Source of the DNA: Candidatus Micrarchaeia archaeon
GTDB taxonomy: Archaea; Micrarchaeota; Micrarchaeia; Anstonellales; J096
Direction of reading: 5' to 3'
DNA length: 47,489 nt
Assembly: GCA_041500865.1 (NCBI GenBank)
Contig: JBGQMY010000007.1
Span: 1-47,489, forward strand
The position numbers and the translations under genes were made by a program. The notes beneath the pieces were generated by a model. That model had not been told where the DNA came from. It saw only the letters and a list, made by a program, of their open reading frames with translations, and ran no database searches. This document shows positions 9,815 through 19,711 of this stretch, in pieces (within the stretch, counting starts at the first letter, position 1; each line of letters starts with the position of its first letter).

Positions 9815-10129
9815 ATATAAAATGTGCGTTGCACCGAACCATTAAAAAATGTTGCCAGGGCGCTGCCGCTTCATTGCTAGCTTTTGAATCGGGCGTTTTT
9901 TGGAAAGCAACTCCATGCGGAATGCATTTTTGCATGCTGCGCGGGCGCTTTGGCTGTTGTATTGGGCGCGGAAACCGTTTTAAACATGCAAGATTACTAA
10001 AAACCACATAAAAACAAAGGCAAAATGCCCTTTTTGCTGACGTCTATGCGCCATTTGCGGTACGCCCGCAGATGCACACCATTAGATTTTTAAATCTTAT
10101 AATACTAATGGGTATCCAAGGTGAATGTT

Positions 10130-10387
10130 ATGGCGAGATACATGCTTGCAAGGCAGCTCTCAGGGAAGAAAGTCATATCCAACGAAGGCGAGGATTTGGG
10201 AAGGGTTGTGGACGTAGCTGTGAATGAGATCAGCGGCGCGATGGAATACATGGTGCTTGACCCGAATCACGACAGCACGACTGTTTCAAAGCTCAAGAAG
10301 GTAAACGCAAAGGCGTACCTGCCGTTTGAGACCGTAATGGCCGTTTCGGATTATGTGATAATCGACAAAAGGCACATTGGCGAATGA
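10130..10387 (+). CDS. PRC-barrel domain protein
   Basis: LSGKKVISNEGEDLGRVVDV...PFETVMAVSDYVII. Confidence 0.85.
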   Translation: MARYMLARQLSGKKVISNEGEDLGRVVDVAVNEISGAMEYMVLDPNHDSTTVSKLKKVNAKAYLPFETVMAVSDYVIIDKRHIGE

Positions 10388-11010
10388 TTTGCGGCGTTGA
10401 TGAAGCCGGAAGGGGCGCCCTGATAGGGCCCCTAGTAATCTCTTTCGTCTGCTTTGACCCCCCGTCTCTGAACAAGATAAGTGAAATCGTAAAAAAGGAC
10501 TCCAAGCAGCTTACGCCAAGCCAGAGGGAGGCTCTTTTTCCGAAGATAGAGGAATTAGCGGCTAGCATAGAGACGCACAAGGTCCTGCCGCGCCAGATAG
10601 ACGCTGAGAACATAAACAAGATGGAAAGGAAGATGATTGCTGATTTTGTTGAAAGGAAGAAGCCCAATGAGATGTTCATAGACCTGTTTGACCATGACGG
10701 GACCAAGATGACCAACGAGCTGAAGTCAAAGGGCGCAGGCAAAGTGGTTGCGGAGCACAAGGCTGACGAGAACTATTCTGTCGTCGCTTGCGCAAGCATC
10801 ATAGCAAAGGTGACAAGGGACGCGGAGATAGCGAAGATTCACAAGGTGTGCGGGTTTTTCGGAAGCGGTTATCCGGCTGACGAAAGGACCGTTGAGTTTG
10901 TCAAGAACCCGGACAACTACGCGAAAGTCGAGCCCTATGTGAGAAAGAAATGGGCCACGCTGAAGAATTTGGGCATTGGGCCGAAGAGCGTCAGGCAAAA
11001 GAAACTTTGA
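10384..11010 (+). CDS. rnhB: Ribonuclease HII
   Basis: GVDEAGRG, KDSKQL, EHKAD, ASIIAKV.RD, GSGYP.D. Confidence 0.95.
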   Translation: MICGVDEAGRGALIGPLVISFVCFDPPSLNKISEIVKKDSKQLTPSQREALFPKIEELAASIETHKVLPRQIDAENINKMERKMIADFVERKKPNEMFIDLFDHDGTKMTNELKSKGAGKVVAEHKADENYSVVACASIIAKVTRDAEIAKIHKVCGFFGSGYPADERTVEFVKNPDNYAKVEPYVRKKWATLKNLGIGPKSVRQKKL

Positions 11011-11015
11011 ATAGA

Positions 11016-11825
11016 TTACTCGTCACAAACAGTACTGCCAAGCCCGGCTTGTATCTCTTTCCTTATCTTTTCTGCGATTTTTGCCAGAACAAGATTATTT
11101 GCCGCAGCGTCCATTAGCTCCTTGTTTGCGGATTCAACGGCTTCTGTTGCATTGAGATTTGCAATGGTCTCGAGCATTATTCTGTTTCTTTCATTGGTTT
11201 TGTCGGCTATGCGCCTGCTAAATGCTTTGGTGCTTACGAGGCTGACCAGCGTTTCTACGGCAAGCATCTGGTTCCTGTTGCCATAGCCCGGGTTAGGCTC
11301 CAAAATTTCGCTGATTAATTTCTTTGCCATCATTGTATTGCGGTAGCCCACGCATTTTATACGCACGATTTCAAATACATTGATTGTGCAGCATATGTGG
11401 TCACGAATCTCTATACTGTGAAGCTCTATTACCTTTTTACTTTTTTTCAGATGAAATTCAATGCGGTTGCCCTTTTTGAATCTTTTAGTCGGAACTGTTT
11501 CCGATAGTGCATCTATCAATTCAAGGCATTGCCGGCAGAAATCGCCGTTTTTGCCATCGCGGCTCCACCCGTCTAACGCAGAGTCGTTTGTTTTGTCTTG
11601 TCTGCCAAGTTCTTTCCGATACCTTTCAAGCGCCGTTTTCAACGATTCCGGGAGGCTCTTTGCGCTATCGTTTATGTCAAGAAGCATTGCGACTGTCTCA
11701 ATCTTGTCCTTTAATGCCTTGATTGTTTTGCACCTTTCCGCTCCATTGCTTCTTCCGGAAAAAGCCTTGACGTATTTCTGCACTTTCCTTGCGGCCTTTT
11801 CTGTCAGGTAAGCGCTCGTCTGCAT
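11016..11825 (-). CDS. Hypothetical basic helical protein
   Basis: Long ORF, more AT-rich than its neighbours; start uncertain. Confidence 0.6.
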   Translation of the reverse strand: MQTSAYLTEKAARKVQKYVKAFSGRSNGAERCKTIKALKDKIETVAMLLDINDSAKSLPESLKTALERYRKELGRQDKTNDSALDGWSRDGKNGDFCRQCLELIDALSETVPTKRFKKGNRIEFHLKKSKKVIELHSIEIRDHICCTINVFEIVRIKCVGYRNTMMAKKLISEILEPNPGYGNRNQMLAVETLVSLVSTKAFSRRIADKTNERNRIMLETIANLNATEAVESANKELMDAAANNLVLAKIAEKIRKEIQAGLGSTVCDE

Positions 11826-11893
11826 AATGTGCATTATTGTGTAAATATTTGTTTTTAAATGCATCCAATAGACAACGGAGACAGGGCTGACGG

Positions 11894-13120
11894 TCATCCC
11901 ATCAGCGCGCCAAGCACCTTTATCAGCTGCGGCCTTCCTGCAATGACCTTTGCTGCCGGCTCGGCGTACTTGTTCTTGTTGACAATGTCCGCCAAATCGT
12001 CCTGCGTTATGGTGTTGAAAATGTGGTTCAAATCGTCGTCGTCAAGCTTCTCCATCACCTTGCGGAGCAAAAGCCTTTTCGCCATCTTCTTCCCTGCCGT
12101 GTCCCTCCACGGCTTCTCATAAAGCGAAAACAGCAGCTTCTCGGAAAAGTCCCTCTTTTTGGAACACTCGACAACCGCATTGGCGGCAAGAATCCCTGAT
12201 TCCATCGCAAGCGCAATGCCGCCGCCGTGTATCGGGTCAACCTGCTTCGCAGCAGTCCCGACGACCAAAGCGTTGTCCATCGTGAACTTGCTTATCGGCT
12301 CGCACACGCTTATCACGCCGCCAAAATCCATCAAGGTTGAGGCGTCTTTCAGCTGCGCATTGTCCTTTACGAACGCGTCAAGGAAGGGCTTGGGGTCCGC
12401 GCCTTTCATGTTTCCCCTCTTGAGACCGGTCTCAAGGTGCGCGCCTATGCCGATGCCGACGTTCGCCCTCCTGTTTTCCTTCGGGAATATCCAGACATAG
12501 CCGCGCGGGGCTGTCTTGTTTCCGAAATAAAGCTCAATAAGATTTTCATGCTTGTACGGCTGCATCTCGTATTGGTAACAGGTGTCCACGTCGTAAAGCT
12601 TATGCACCGTGGGAAAGCCCATTTTCCGCGCAGTAAGGCTTTCCATGCCCTCGGCAGAGATGACCATATCGGCATTTATGTCATAAACATCCTCGTCCCC
12701 GCCGTTCCTTACCTTGACGCCCCTTATCTTGCCATTGTCCCTTATGACGTCAACGACGCGCCTGTTGACCTTCACCTCGGCGCCTTTCGCTATCGCAAGC
12801 TGAGCCAGCCAGCTGTCAAACAGCTTCCGCTCAAGTATCCAGCCGCTGGTCTCCTTCGACTCCCAGACAAGCTCCTTGCCGTTGGGCGCAACGACCTTTG
12901 CGCCCTTGACCTCAGTTGAGTAGACCCAGCGCGGCAGCTCAAGGCCCTGGGCAACAATCTCCCGGGCGCCAAGCCCCTCCCCGCAGCGCACGGGGTTGCC
13001 TACGGATTTCCTCTTGTCAAGCACAAGGACCGAAAGGCCGCCCTGCGCGGCATACCTGGCAAGCGTCGAGCCTGCCGGCCCGGCCCCGACTATTATTATG
13101 TCATAATCCTTCTTTTCCAT
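11894..13120 (-). CDS. Digeranylgeranylglycerophospholipid reductase (GGR family)
   Basis: GAGPAG FAD motif, PVRCGEG, APRGYVWIFPK, VDPIHGGGI. Confidence 0.9.
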   Translation of the reverse strand: MEKKDYDIIIVGAGPAGSTLARYAAQGGLSVLVLDKRKSVGNPVRCGEGLGAREIVAQGLELPRWVYSTEVKGAKVVAPNGKELVWESKETSGWILERKLFDSWLAQLAIAKGAEVKVNRRVVDVIRDNGKIRGVKVRNGGDEDVYDINADMVISAEGMESLTARKMGFPTVHKLYDVDTCYQYEMQPYKHENLIELYFGNKTAPRGYVWIFPKENRRANVGIGIGAHLETGLKRGNMKGADPKPFLDAFVKDNAQLKDASTLMDFGGVISVCEPISKFTMDNALVVGTAAKQVDPIHGGGIALAMESGILAANAVVECSKKRDFSEKLLFSLYEKPWRDTAGKKMAKRLLLRKVMEKLDDDDLNHIFNTITQDDLADIVNKNKYAEPAAKVIAGRPQLIKVLGALMG

Positions 13121-13129
13121 GAAAAGCAC

Positions 13130-13357
13130 CTACAGCCCGTACCTCTTCCTGGCCTCTATGGGAAGCTTTTCCGCATCCTTCACTTTCGGAAAAAGCTCTA
13201 TCACGTTGGCCGGGCAAGCCTTGACGCAAAGCCCGCAGTCTATGCACTTCTCCGGATACGTCTTCATCCGCTCGCCTACGTACTCTATGGCGTTGGCGGG
13301 GCATACGGACGAGCATCCCACGCACTTTATGCATCCTTCGTGCTCGATTATTATCAT
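13130..13357 (-). CDS. 2x[4Fe-4S] ferredoxin
   Basis: Two CxxCxxCxxxCP motifs; directly upstream of GGR, a plausible electron donor. Confidence 0.9.
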   Translation of the reverse strand: MIIIEHEGCIKCVGCSSVCPANAIEYVGERMKTYPEKCIDCGLCVKACPANVIELFPKVKDAEKLPIEARKRYGL

Positions 13358-13456
13358 AAGGCACCTGGATGGGCTATTTTTCGCATTCTTTTAAAAAGGT
13401 ATCCCACCAATCATGCTTTAAAACCTTTTTCAGGTATTCACAAGGAAGGTGTCCGC

Positions 13457-14059
13457 ATGTACAGCATCATAAAAGCAGAAGAGAAAATCAGGGTCAGCCC
13501 TTCGCTTGCCAAGAGGGACATAAACGAGGCCATAAAGGAAGTGCTGAAAGAGAAGTACGAAGGCAGGCTGCTGAGGGACATGGGGCTGGTCGTAAAGATA
13601 ATGTCGGCTGAGCCGAAGAGCAAGGGCATCGTCGTTTCCGGAGACCCCAACATATACTTCAACACGGAGTTTGAGATGGCGGCATTCACCGTTGAAGTCA
13701 ACGAGGTATTCCGCGGGGTCATAAAGGACGTCATGGACTTCGGCGCATTCGTCGTAATAGGGCCCATAGAGGCGCTGCTGCACATATCGCAGATATCAAA
13801 GGAAAAATTCACGATAAACAAGAAGGACAGGATACTTGAGGGCGCGGACGGCAGGAAGCTGAAGAAGGGCGACATAATATTCGCCAAAGCGTCGACAGTC
13901 AGCATGAAGGGCGCCTCGTCCAACATCAAAATCAGCCTGACGATGAGGGGCGACGGCCTCGGGAAGGACGAGTGGCTGAAGGAAACGGGGCAGAAGAAGG
14001 AGGAAAAGCCTGCTGAAAGGAAGGAAGAGAAAAAGGAAAAAAAGGGTGAGAAGAAATGA
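13457..14059 (+). CDS. rpoE1: RNA polymerase subunit E' (Rpo7)
   Basis: KYEG, GD...Y, S1 domain FGAFVVIGPIEALLHISQI, LTMRGDGLGK.EW. Confidence 0.92.
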   Translation: MYSIIKAEEKIRVSPSLAKRDINEAIKEVLKEKYEGRLLRDMGLVVKIMSAEPKSKGIVVSGDPNIYFNTEFEMAAFTVEVNEVFRGVIKDVMDFGAFVVIGPIEALLHISQISKEKFTINKKDRILEGADGRKLKKGDIIFAKASTVSMKGASSNIKISLTMRGDGLGKDEWLKETGQKKEEKPAERKEEKKEKKGEKK

Positions 14060-14238
14060 AGGCTTGCAAGAACTGCAACCTCATCGTAAAGGTGGACAAC
14101 AAGTGCCCGGCGTGCGGCTCAACGGAGCTGTCCGAGAAGTTCCAGGGCATCGTCATCATATTTGACGCTGAAAAAAGCGAGGTCGCGAAGTACCTTGGCA
14201 AGAAGGCGCCTGGGGAATACGCGCTTAAGGTTGACTGA
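14056..14238 (+). CDS. spt4: Transcription elongation factor Spt4 (RpoE2)
   Basis: KACKNC...CPACGS...SEVAK..PGEYALKV. Confidence 0.92.
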   Translation: MKACKNCNLIVKVDNKCPACGSTELSEKFQGIVIIFDAEKSEVAKYLGKKAPGEYALKVD

Positions 14239-14255
14239 TTGGAGGGTGTGTTGAA

Positions 14256-14513
14256 ATGGGAATGGGGAAAAAAAGCAGGGGAAGGGAGCCTCTTGTAAGG
14301 TGCGAGGCCTGCGGAAGAAGGGTCCCAAGGGACAAGACCGTTGACATAATCAAGGGAAGCAGGTATGACATAGGCGACCAGAAGGACGTCATAATAGACA
14401 CCAGCATAAGGAGGGTCTATTACTGCATAAGCTGCGGGAAGCACAGACATATTTTTGAGATAAAGAAGAACCAGGCAATCAGGAACAAGGAAAGGAAGGA
14501 AGGGGGCTACTGA
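14256..14513 (+). CDS. rps26e: 30S ribosomal protein S26e
   Basis: RGREPLVRCEACGRRVPRDK...YYCISCGKHRHI. Confidence 0.85.
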   Translation: MGMGKKSRGREPLVRCEACGRRVPRDKTVDIIKGSRYDIGDQKDVIIDTSIRRVYYCISCGKHRHIFEIKKNQAIRNKERKEGGY

Positions 14514-14801
14514 ATGTACCACCAAAAATACCCCCCTGACACGTTCTTCTATGAGCTTGGAAGCCTGCCGCTTGTCATAGTGAAATGCAAGCGAGGATAC
14601 ATAGCGACGACATACATAAGCAAGGACATGGCGGAAAAAGTGGGAGACGTTGCCGGCTTCGTGAAAGGAGTCAAGACGCTCGACGATTTCATGAAGTCAA
14701 AGCTCAAGGAAGTGACCTCCTGGGGGGACAATGCGGGCCTCAGGGACGGCATGACTGTCAAAAGGGCCATAGAAATCCTGAATTCCGAGGAAAAGGAGTA
14801 G
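14514..14801 (+). CDS. YunC/DUF1805 family protein
   Basis: LVIVKCKRGYI...AGFVKGVKTLDD...VT..G...GM...AI pattern. Confidence 0.75.
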   Translation: MYHQKYPPDTFFYELGSLPLVIVKCKRGYIATTYISKDMAEKVGDVAGFVKGVKTLDDFMKSKLKEVTSWGDNAGLRDGMTVKRAIEILNSEEKE

Positions 14802-14806
14802 GCGCG

Positions 14807-15361
14807 TTATTTGCCGAACCTGTCTATGTTGGGCGCAACCGTCATAAGGTAAGTGAAATTGGACATCAGGTTGGGCATGCTGTTCGCCCTCTGCCTGGCG
14901 AAGTTGACGCTGTCCTTGCAGCTGCTTACATAGCTTGCGTCCGCGTCCCCTGACGATATGGGCGTCGGTATGGCGTCAAAGACGCTTTGTATGGACGCGA
15001 ACACGTTGGGGTATATCTTCTTTACGCAGTAGCTTTCGTCAAGCGACTGGACCGCCGTGTCCTCCACGCAGGTGTTGTACATCTCAACCTCGTGGTTGAC
15101 GCCTATCCAGTTTGAGGCCGTGCCGAGCAAGTCTGGGGATATTAGGCCCTTTATGGCATCGCACTGCGCAAGCGCGTCGGTTGGGTCGCCGAAAGCCGCA
15201 AAATAATGGGATTTCTTGAGCATGCACTCCGACTGATAGTGCGCTGACGGATACTTTGAGGCATCCATGCAGTTCTCCCTTACGGCATCAGAATACATGT
15301 TGACGCAGCCGGAAAGGAATATGGTTGCCATAAGGAGAAAAAAGGCTATGGAGAGCCTCAT
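14807..15361 (-). CDS. Hypothetical lipoprotein with spaced Cys
   Basis: Signal peptide with lipobox IFLSG|C; translationally coupled to the cdc6 stop. Confidence 0.7.
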   Translation of the reverse strand: MRLSIAFFLLMATIFLSGCVNMYSDAVRENCMDASKYPSAHYQSECMLKKSHYFAAFGDPTDALAQCDAIKGLISPDLLGTASNWIGVNHEVEMYNTCVEDTAVQSLDESYCVKKIYPNVFASIQSVFDAIPTPISSGDADASYVSSCKDSVNFARQRANSMPNLMSNFTYLMTVAPNIDRFGK

Positions 15362-16554
15362 GCCCTCATCCCCACCCTCTTCTCCACTATATTTATTATG
15401 TCGGATGGGTTGTGGCCCGCCTTTATCAGCCTCGTGTGCCCCCTTATGCCCTTGCTCGTGAAAACCGTGGATATCAGGCCAAGCGCCTCAAGCTCGTTTA
15501 TGTACTCCCTGTACCATCTGGCGCTTTTCGGGCTGTTGCCCATCCTTTTCGCGATTTTGGTGTACTGGTCATAGACGTCCCCTGAAAAGAGGTATGCGTC
15601 GTCGCCTTCAGTCAGTTTCTGCTTGTTCAGGAGCGTCATCTTGGCTATTGTATAAAGGACTATTTGGTGGTTCATCGGCAGCGTGGATATGCCTTCAGCG
15701 GCGAAGTCGTACTCGACCAGGTTCCGCGCGTCGTTGACGTGCTTCTCCTCAACGCGGGGCGCGCCCTGCGACTGCGCAACGTCGCCGGCTTTGACCAGCA
15801 GCTTGAGCGCATACCGCGCATCCCCGTTCTCGGCGGCCGTTATCGCGGATATGAGGCTGAGCGCCGCATCCGAAACTGTGCCCTTCTCAAAGCCCTGCTC
15901 CACCCTTTGCGAGAGTATGTTCTTCAGCTGGGACGCATCATAGGGCGGGAATATTACCTCGTTCTCGTAAAGGCTGCTTCTGCTCCTCTGGTCCAGCACA
16001 TTCTTGAAGCTAAGCCTGTTGGATATGCCGACCAGCGTCAGGCTTCCGCCCTTGACCTCGTCGTTGCACCTCGTGAACATGCACACCAAATCGCTCAAGT
16101 CCTTGACCATGTCCAGCTCGTCCAGGGCAAGCACTATGTGCGCGCCCTTGGACATCCGCTCAATCAGCTTCTCATATATATAGGATATGCCATAGCCGGA
16201 CTTCTCGAGCTCCTGGAAGTGCGGCTTCATGAGCTTCTGCAGTATCCTGTAGCGGGAATCGTCTATCCTGCAGTTGAGATAGACCATCTCCGTAGTAGAG
16301 CCGGCCTTCTGCGCCATCCTGTTGAACTGGTTCATGACGTACTTTATTGAGGCGGTCTTGCCTGTCCCGTTCTTGCCGTATAACAATAGGTTGCGCGGCT
16401 TCTGCCCCTTCAGCGCCGGCGCCAGCGTGGCCATCATGTCGCCAAGCTGGCTTTCCCTGAAAAGTATGATGTCCGGGACATAGTGCGGAGACAGAACGGT
16501 AAGGTTGGAGAAGATGGAGCTCTTGCCTAATATCTCCTCAAAAGTCGTTACCAT
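15358..16554 (-). CDS. cdc6: Orc1/Cdc6 replication initiator
   Basis: LSPHYVP, Walker A GKNGTGKT, Walker B LDELD, GDARYAL, C-terminal winged helix with RGHTR. Confidence 0.92.
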   Translation of the reverse strand: MVTTFEEILGKSSIFSNLTVLSPHYVPDIILFRESQLGDMMATLAPALKGQKPRNLLLYGKNGTGKTASIKYVMNQFNRMAQKAGSTTEMVYLNCRIDDSRYRILQKLMKPHFQELEKSGYGISYIYEKLIERMSKGAHIVLALDELDMVKDLSDLVCMFTRCNDEVKGGSLTLVGISNRLSFKNVLDQRSRSSLYENEVIFPPYDASQLKNILSQRVEQGFEKGTVSDAALSLISAITAAENGDARYALKLLVKAGDVAQSQGAPRVEEKHVNDARNLVEYDFAAEGISTLPMNHQIVLYTIAKMTLLNKQKLTEGDDAYLFSGDVYDQYTKIAKRMGNSPKSARWYREYINELEALGLISTVFTSKGIRGHTRLIKAGHNPSDIINIVEKRVGMRA

Positions 16555-16643
16555 GGAATTATACTTCGCCAGCATAATATTTTTAAACTGGACGGATTAA
16601 GGTTTAAAACAAAGAAACGGATATAGAGAAAAAGGTGAATTGT

Positions 16644-17015
16644 ATGGGCATTATGGACAAAGTGTTTGGCAAAAAAGAAGAGGGCGAGGGAAAGGAGAAT
16701 CTTGATGAACTGCTTTCAGGCGCGACGCAGGATGTCGGAGACGCTGTCAATCCTCCGGCAAAGATGTATATCAAGAAGAAGGAACTCAGGAACGACGGGG
16801 ACGTTGAGCTTATAGCAAAGGAGCTGCAGCAGGGCAACATCATGATTATTGACATAACGCCCCTTGCGAACCAGCCCAACAGGCTGAAGGTCATGATTGA
16901 GAAGATAAAGCAGATAATCGGCAAGCTGAACGGGGACCTTGCGGCGCTCACCGACAAGGTGATAATCGCGACCCCTACGGCGATAAAGATAGTTAAGTCG
17001 AAAAAGGCGGAGTAA
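16644..17015 (+). CDS. sepF: Cell division protein SepF
   Basis: N-terminal amphipathic MGIMDKVFG; GNIMIIDITPL...GDLA...IIATP. Confidence 0.85.
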   Translation: MGIMDKVFGKKEEGEGKENLDELLSGATQDVGDAVNPPAKMYIKKKELRNDGDVELIAKELQQGNIMIIDITPLANQPNRLKVMIEKIKQIIGKLNGDLAALTDKVIIATPTAIKIVKSKKAE

Positions 17016-17038
17016 TCTCCGCATAATTCATTTTTTGT

Positions 17039-18175
17039 TTATTTCTTGACCGATTTTGGCTCCATCTCAGACACCATCTTGGCAAGCTCTTTCTCCCCTG
17101 CGCGCTCGAAAAGGAATTTCGCGGCATGATGATACTGTTTTGCAAGCAGGTCCCTTGCCATTATGATGCAATCGTCCTTTATCACATTGGCTTTTGAAAG
17201 ATATGACTCAACGTCTTTGAGCGGCATCCCTGTCATAAGGCCCACATAGCCGGACATCCTGCCGTCGTTAGCCTTTATATAGCACCTCAGCGCCTCCCTC
17301 AAGTAGCGCGAGTCGTTGCCATTGGCCGAAGCCATGGCGAGATAGTCGTCGCCTGCTTTTTTCCATGCTGATTCCGCCATTTTCTCCTGGTTTGCGTTTT
17401 CGTAGGATTCCGCAGCCTTTTCATACAGCGAGACCGTTATCCTTCCTTTTTTCTTTTCCTCCTTTTTGCCTTCCTCTGGCGCCTTTCTTGCATTTGGTTC
17501 TTTTTCCTCCTTTTCCAGCCTTGCTCCGGACTTCTCCTCCTTGCCTTCCTCTGGCCCCTTTTTTGCATTGGCTTCTTTCTCCTTTTCCTGGTTTGTTGAG
17601 GGCTTTTGTGCCTTGCCTTCTTTTGGCTTTTCTGATGGAGGAGCGCGCATGGCTTCGCCCGGGCGGCTGCCTTCGTGGCGCTCTACTGGCCCATGCCCCT
17701 GCGCCGCCTGGATTGCTTGCATGGCAGCCTCTTCGCCCCCCCTGTGCCCTTTCCCGGCCTCTTCCATATAGGCGTCTCCTGCGAGCTTCCAGGCCCCGCC
17801 TGCAAGCCCGTCTTCGCCTGCCTTTGAGTAGGATTCGGCTGCAGACACGAAATCCTTGGCCCCCATGCACTCGTCGCCGAAGAAACGGTATGACTCCTTC
17901 CTTATGGTGTCCAGGTTGGCCATCGTGTCGTTTGGAAGGCTTGGCGCCTTCCTTGAAAGCAGGCCTTCCAGGAACCTTATCCTGTCGTAATGGGATTTTT
18001 CAGCAAGCCTCTTGCGCATTTCTTCCAGGCTTAGGCCCTTTTTGATGTCCTCTTCGATGGGATCCCTTGCAAGAACCAGCTTTTCCTTTTTCTTGTGCGC
18101 CTTGTCCTCATCAGTCACCAAGGCCCCGTAAGCTATGTGCTCCATGAGCGCATCAGGATTCCGATGCAGGCGCAA
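17039..18175 (-). CDS. Hypothetical alpha-helical (SNAP/TPR-like) repeat protein with a charged linker
   Basis: Repeated AAESY..A.....A..AWKxAGDxY; duplicated E/K-rich linker EKEKEANAKKGPEEGK / EKEEKEPNARKAPEEGK. Confidence 0.7.
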   Translation of the reverse strand: MRLHRNPDALMEHIAYGALVTDEDKAHKKKEKLVLARDPIEEDIKKGLSLEEMRKRLAEKSHYDRIRFLEGLLSRKAPSLPNDTMANLDTIRKESYRFFGDECMGAKDFVSAAESYSKAGEDGLAGGAWKLAGDAYMEEAGKGHRGGEEAAMQAIQAAQGHGPVERHEGSRPGEAMRAPPSEKPKEGKAQKPSTNQEKEKEANAKKGPEEGKEEKSGARLEKEEKEPNARKAPEEGKKEEKKKGRITVSLYEKAAESYENANQEKMAESAWKKAGDDYLAMASANGNDSRYLREALRCYIKANDGRMSGYVGLMTGMPLKDVESYLSKANVIKDDCIIMARDLLAKQYHHAAKFLFERAGEKELAKMVSEMEPKSVKK

Positions 18176-18893
18176 GGTAGTATCTTATGAATGCGCCTTC
18201 CAGGTTGAATTCAAGCCTGAGCGGCTTCTCGGTTTCCATGAATATAGTGATTATGTCGCTCTTCCTCGTAGCCTTCAGCACGTCGGAAAGGTACTGCGTC
18301 GGGTAAAGCGCCCTTGCCCCGCTCTCCGCGGTTATCTCCATGACCTCTTCCCCGTCCACCTTGAAGTCCTCCTTGATTTCCCCTGTCTCGCTCTTGATGT
18401 CTATGGAAACCCTGTCTGGCTCTACGACGAACTTCACGTAGTTGGAGACTATGCTCGTGTCGTCCACTATGTTCTTCAGCGTGTCAGCCGAAAGCTTGAA
18501 TGAGTTGCTGTATTCTATGGGCGGCTCCTTGCTCACGCCCTCCGTCAGGTCAAGCAGCGGCATCCTGAACTCCCTTTTTGACTTTTCCGTCTCAAACGTC
18601 ATGATGAGCTTGCCCTTTTCCACGCCTATCCTTATCTGCTCATTCGCTTTCGCCCTCTTGAGTATCTTCTTTGCATAGTCTATGTCAATGCCTACGGAAA
18701 GGGGCTCGCTGACCTCATACTCCAAAAACGTCTCTTTCGGGAGCCTGAATATTATCATTGATATCTGGCTGGGATCCATTGCGATAAGGCTGATTTGGTC
18801 CTTGCTTATCTTGAATACGCCCTCGTCTATGATATTCCAGACCGCCTCCATGGCCTTTGCGAATCCGCGAGCGGAAGGATACAGTAGGTTCAT
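18153..18893 (-). CDS. pcn: DNA polymerase sliding clamp PCNA
   Basis: IIDEG, AMDPSQISM, FLEYEV, KPLRL, YYLAP. Confidence 0.93.
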   Translation of the reverse strand: MNLLYPSARGFAKAMEAVWNIIDEGVFKISKDQISLIAMDPSQISMIIFRLPKETFLEYEVSEPLSVGIDIDYAKKILKRAKANEQIRIGVEKGKLIMTFETEKSKREFRMPLLDLTEGVSKEPPIEYSNSFKLSADTLKNIVDDTSIVSNYVKFVVEPDRVSIDIKSETGEIKEDFKVDGEEVMEITAESGARALYPTQYLSDVLKATRKSDIITIFMETEKPLRLEFNLEGAFIRYYLAPASES

Positions 18894-18939
18894 GTTATTA
18901 CACCCAGTTGCCTTTCAATGGCTAACTTTAAATAGATTG

Positions 18940-19551
18940 CTATGCGCCGTTGCCAGGCCAATTTACTGATAAGGGGGCACACCGGCGCTTACTCTTTTGT
19001 TTTTCAGTTGAGAACCGCACGGCGAAACCAAAGTCCTTTTCCGCCTGCCCAAACGCGCTTATGCTCAGGCTCACAATTGCCTCGCCAATGGGGACATACG
19101 CTATGTGCTGGACATCGCCTGCCGGGCTTTCGCGCCTCATGTCGATATAGTCAGTTACCGAGCTATAGTCCAGCTGGAGTATGCCATGGTTTTCTTTACT
19201 TGACATTTTCCTTGCTGTTTCAACGGCCTTGCGGAATTCGGTTTCAGCCATGCCCGCCATGCCCGAGTCCATATACAGCATGCCCTTGATTACTGTTGCC
19301 TGCATATCATTGGGCTCATGCCCAAGCGCCTTGCCCGCCATTTCCAGGGCGGCGTCAAGGTTCATCATGCCTGCTTCCTCTATGGCCTTTTTCAGCGCGA
19401 TTTTGCAAAGCTCTCCGGAGGTTGGCTCAGGCTTAATGAGGTGGTATTTTCTCAGCAGGTTGGCAAGGCGCCGCCTTGGCGTTTGCCCAGCTGCCCTGCT
19501 GATGTTGGCTGCAAACTGCCTTCTGGAAATGGTTGCTTCTGCTGTTCCCAT
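18940..19551 (-). CDS. Hypothetical TPR-like protein
   Basis: TPR-like AL.HEPND..A...KG..Y...G....A...FRKA; Arg-rich N-terminus. Confidence 0.6.
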   Translation of the reverse strand: MGTAEATISRRQFAANISRAAGQTPRRRLANLLRKYHLIKPEPTSGELCKIALKKAIEEAGMMNLDAALEMAGKALGHEPNDMQATVIKGMLYMDSGMAGMAETEFRKAVETARKMSSKENHGILQLDYSSVTDYIDMRRESPAGDVQHIAYVPIGEAIVSLSISAFGQAEKDFGFAVRFSTEKQKSKRRCAPLSVNWPGNGA

Positions 19552-19617
19552 ATGGATATTTTTATGCCTGGAAGGGTTTAAAAAGCCCACTTCACTGATC
19601 CTTTTTTTGCGAAGAAA

Positions 19618-19631
19618 AAGCCCCGAGTGGA
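19618..19631. repeat. att-like direct repeat duplicating the tRNA-Thr 3' end
   Basis: AAGCCCCGAGTGGA is identical to 20360-20373. Confidence 0.75.
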
Positions 19632-19711
19632 CAGTTCTTGCCATCTCCGACAGAAGCCTTCAGATAGCTCTACTTTCTGAACCAAAAGGATGCGCCCGAG
19701 TAAAATATTTA

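Noticed and set aside
9815..10120. Possible small gene or ncRNA in the ATPase/PRC-barrel spacer
   Set aside because: The short ORFs overlap the ATPase start and have no recognisable motifs; I see only divergent promoters and one weak hairpin.
16555..16643. Replication origin (ORB elements) next to cdc6
   Set aside because: The spacer is under 90 nt and holds only divergent TATA boxes; I see no TCCA-N-GAAAC/G-string ORB repeats.
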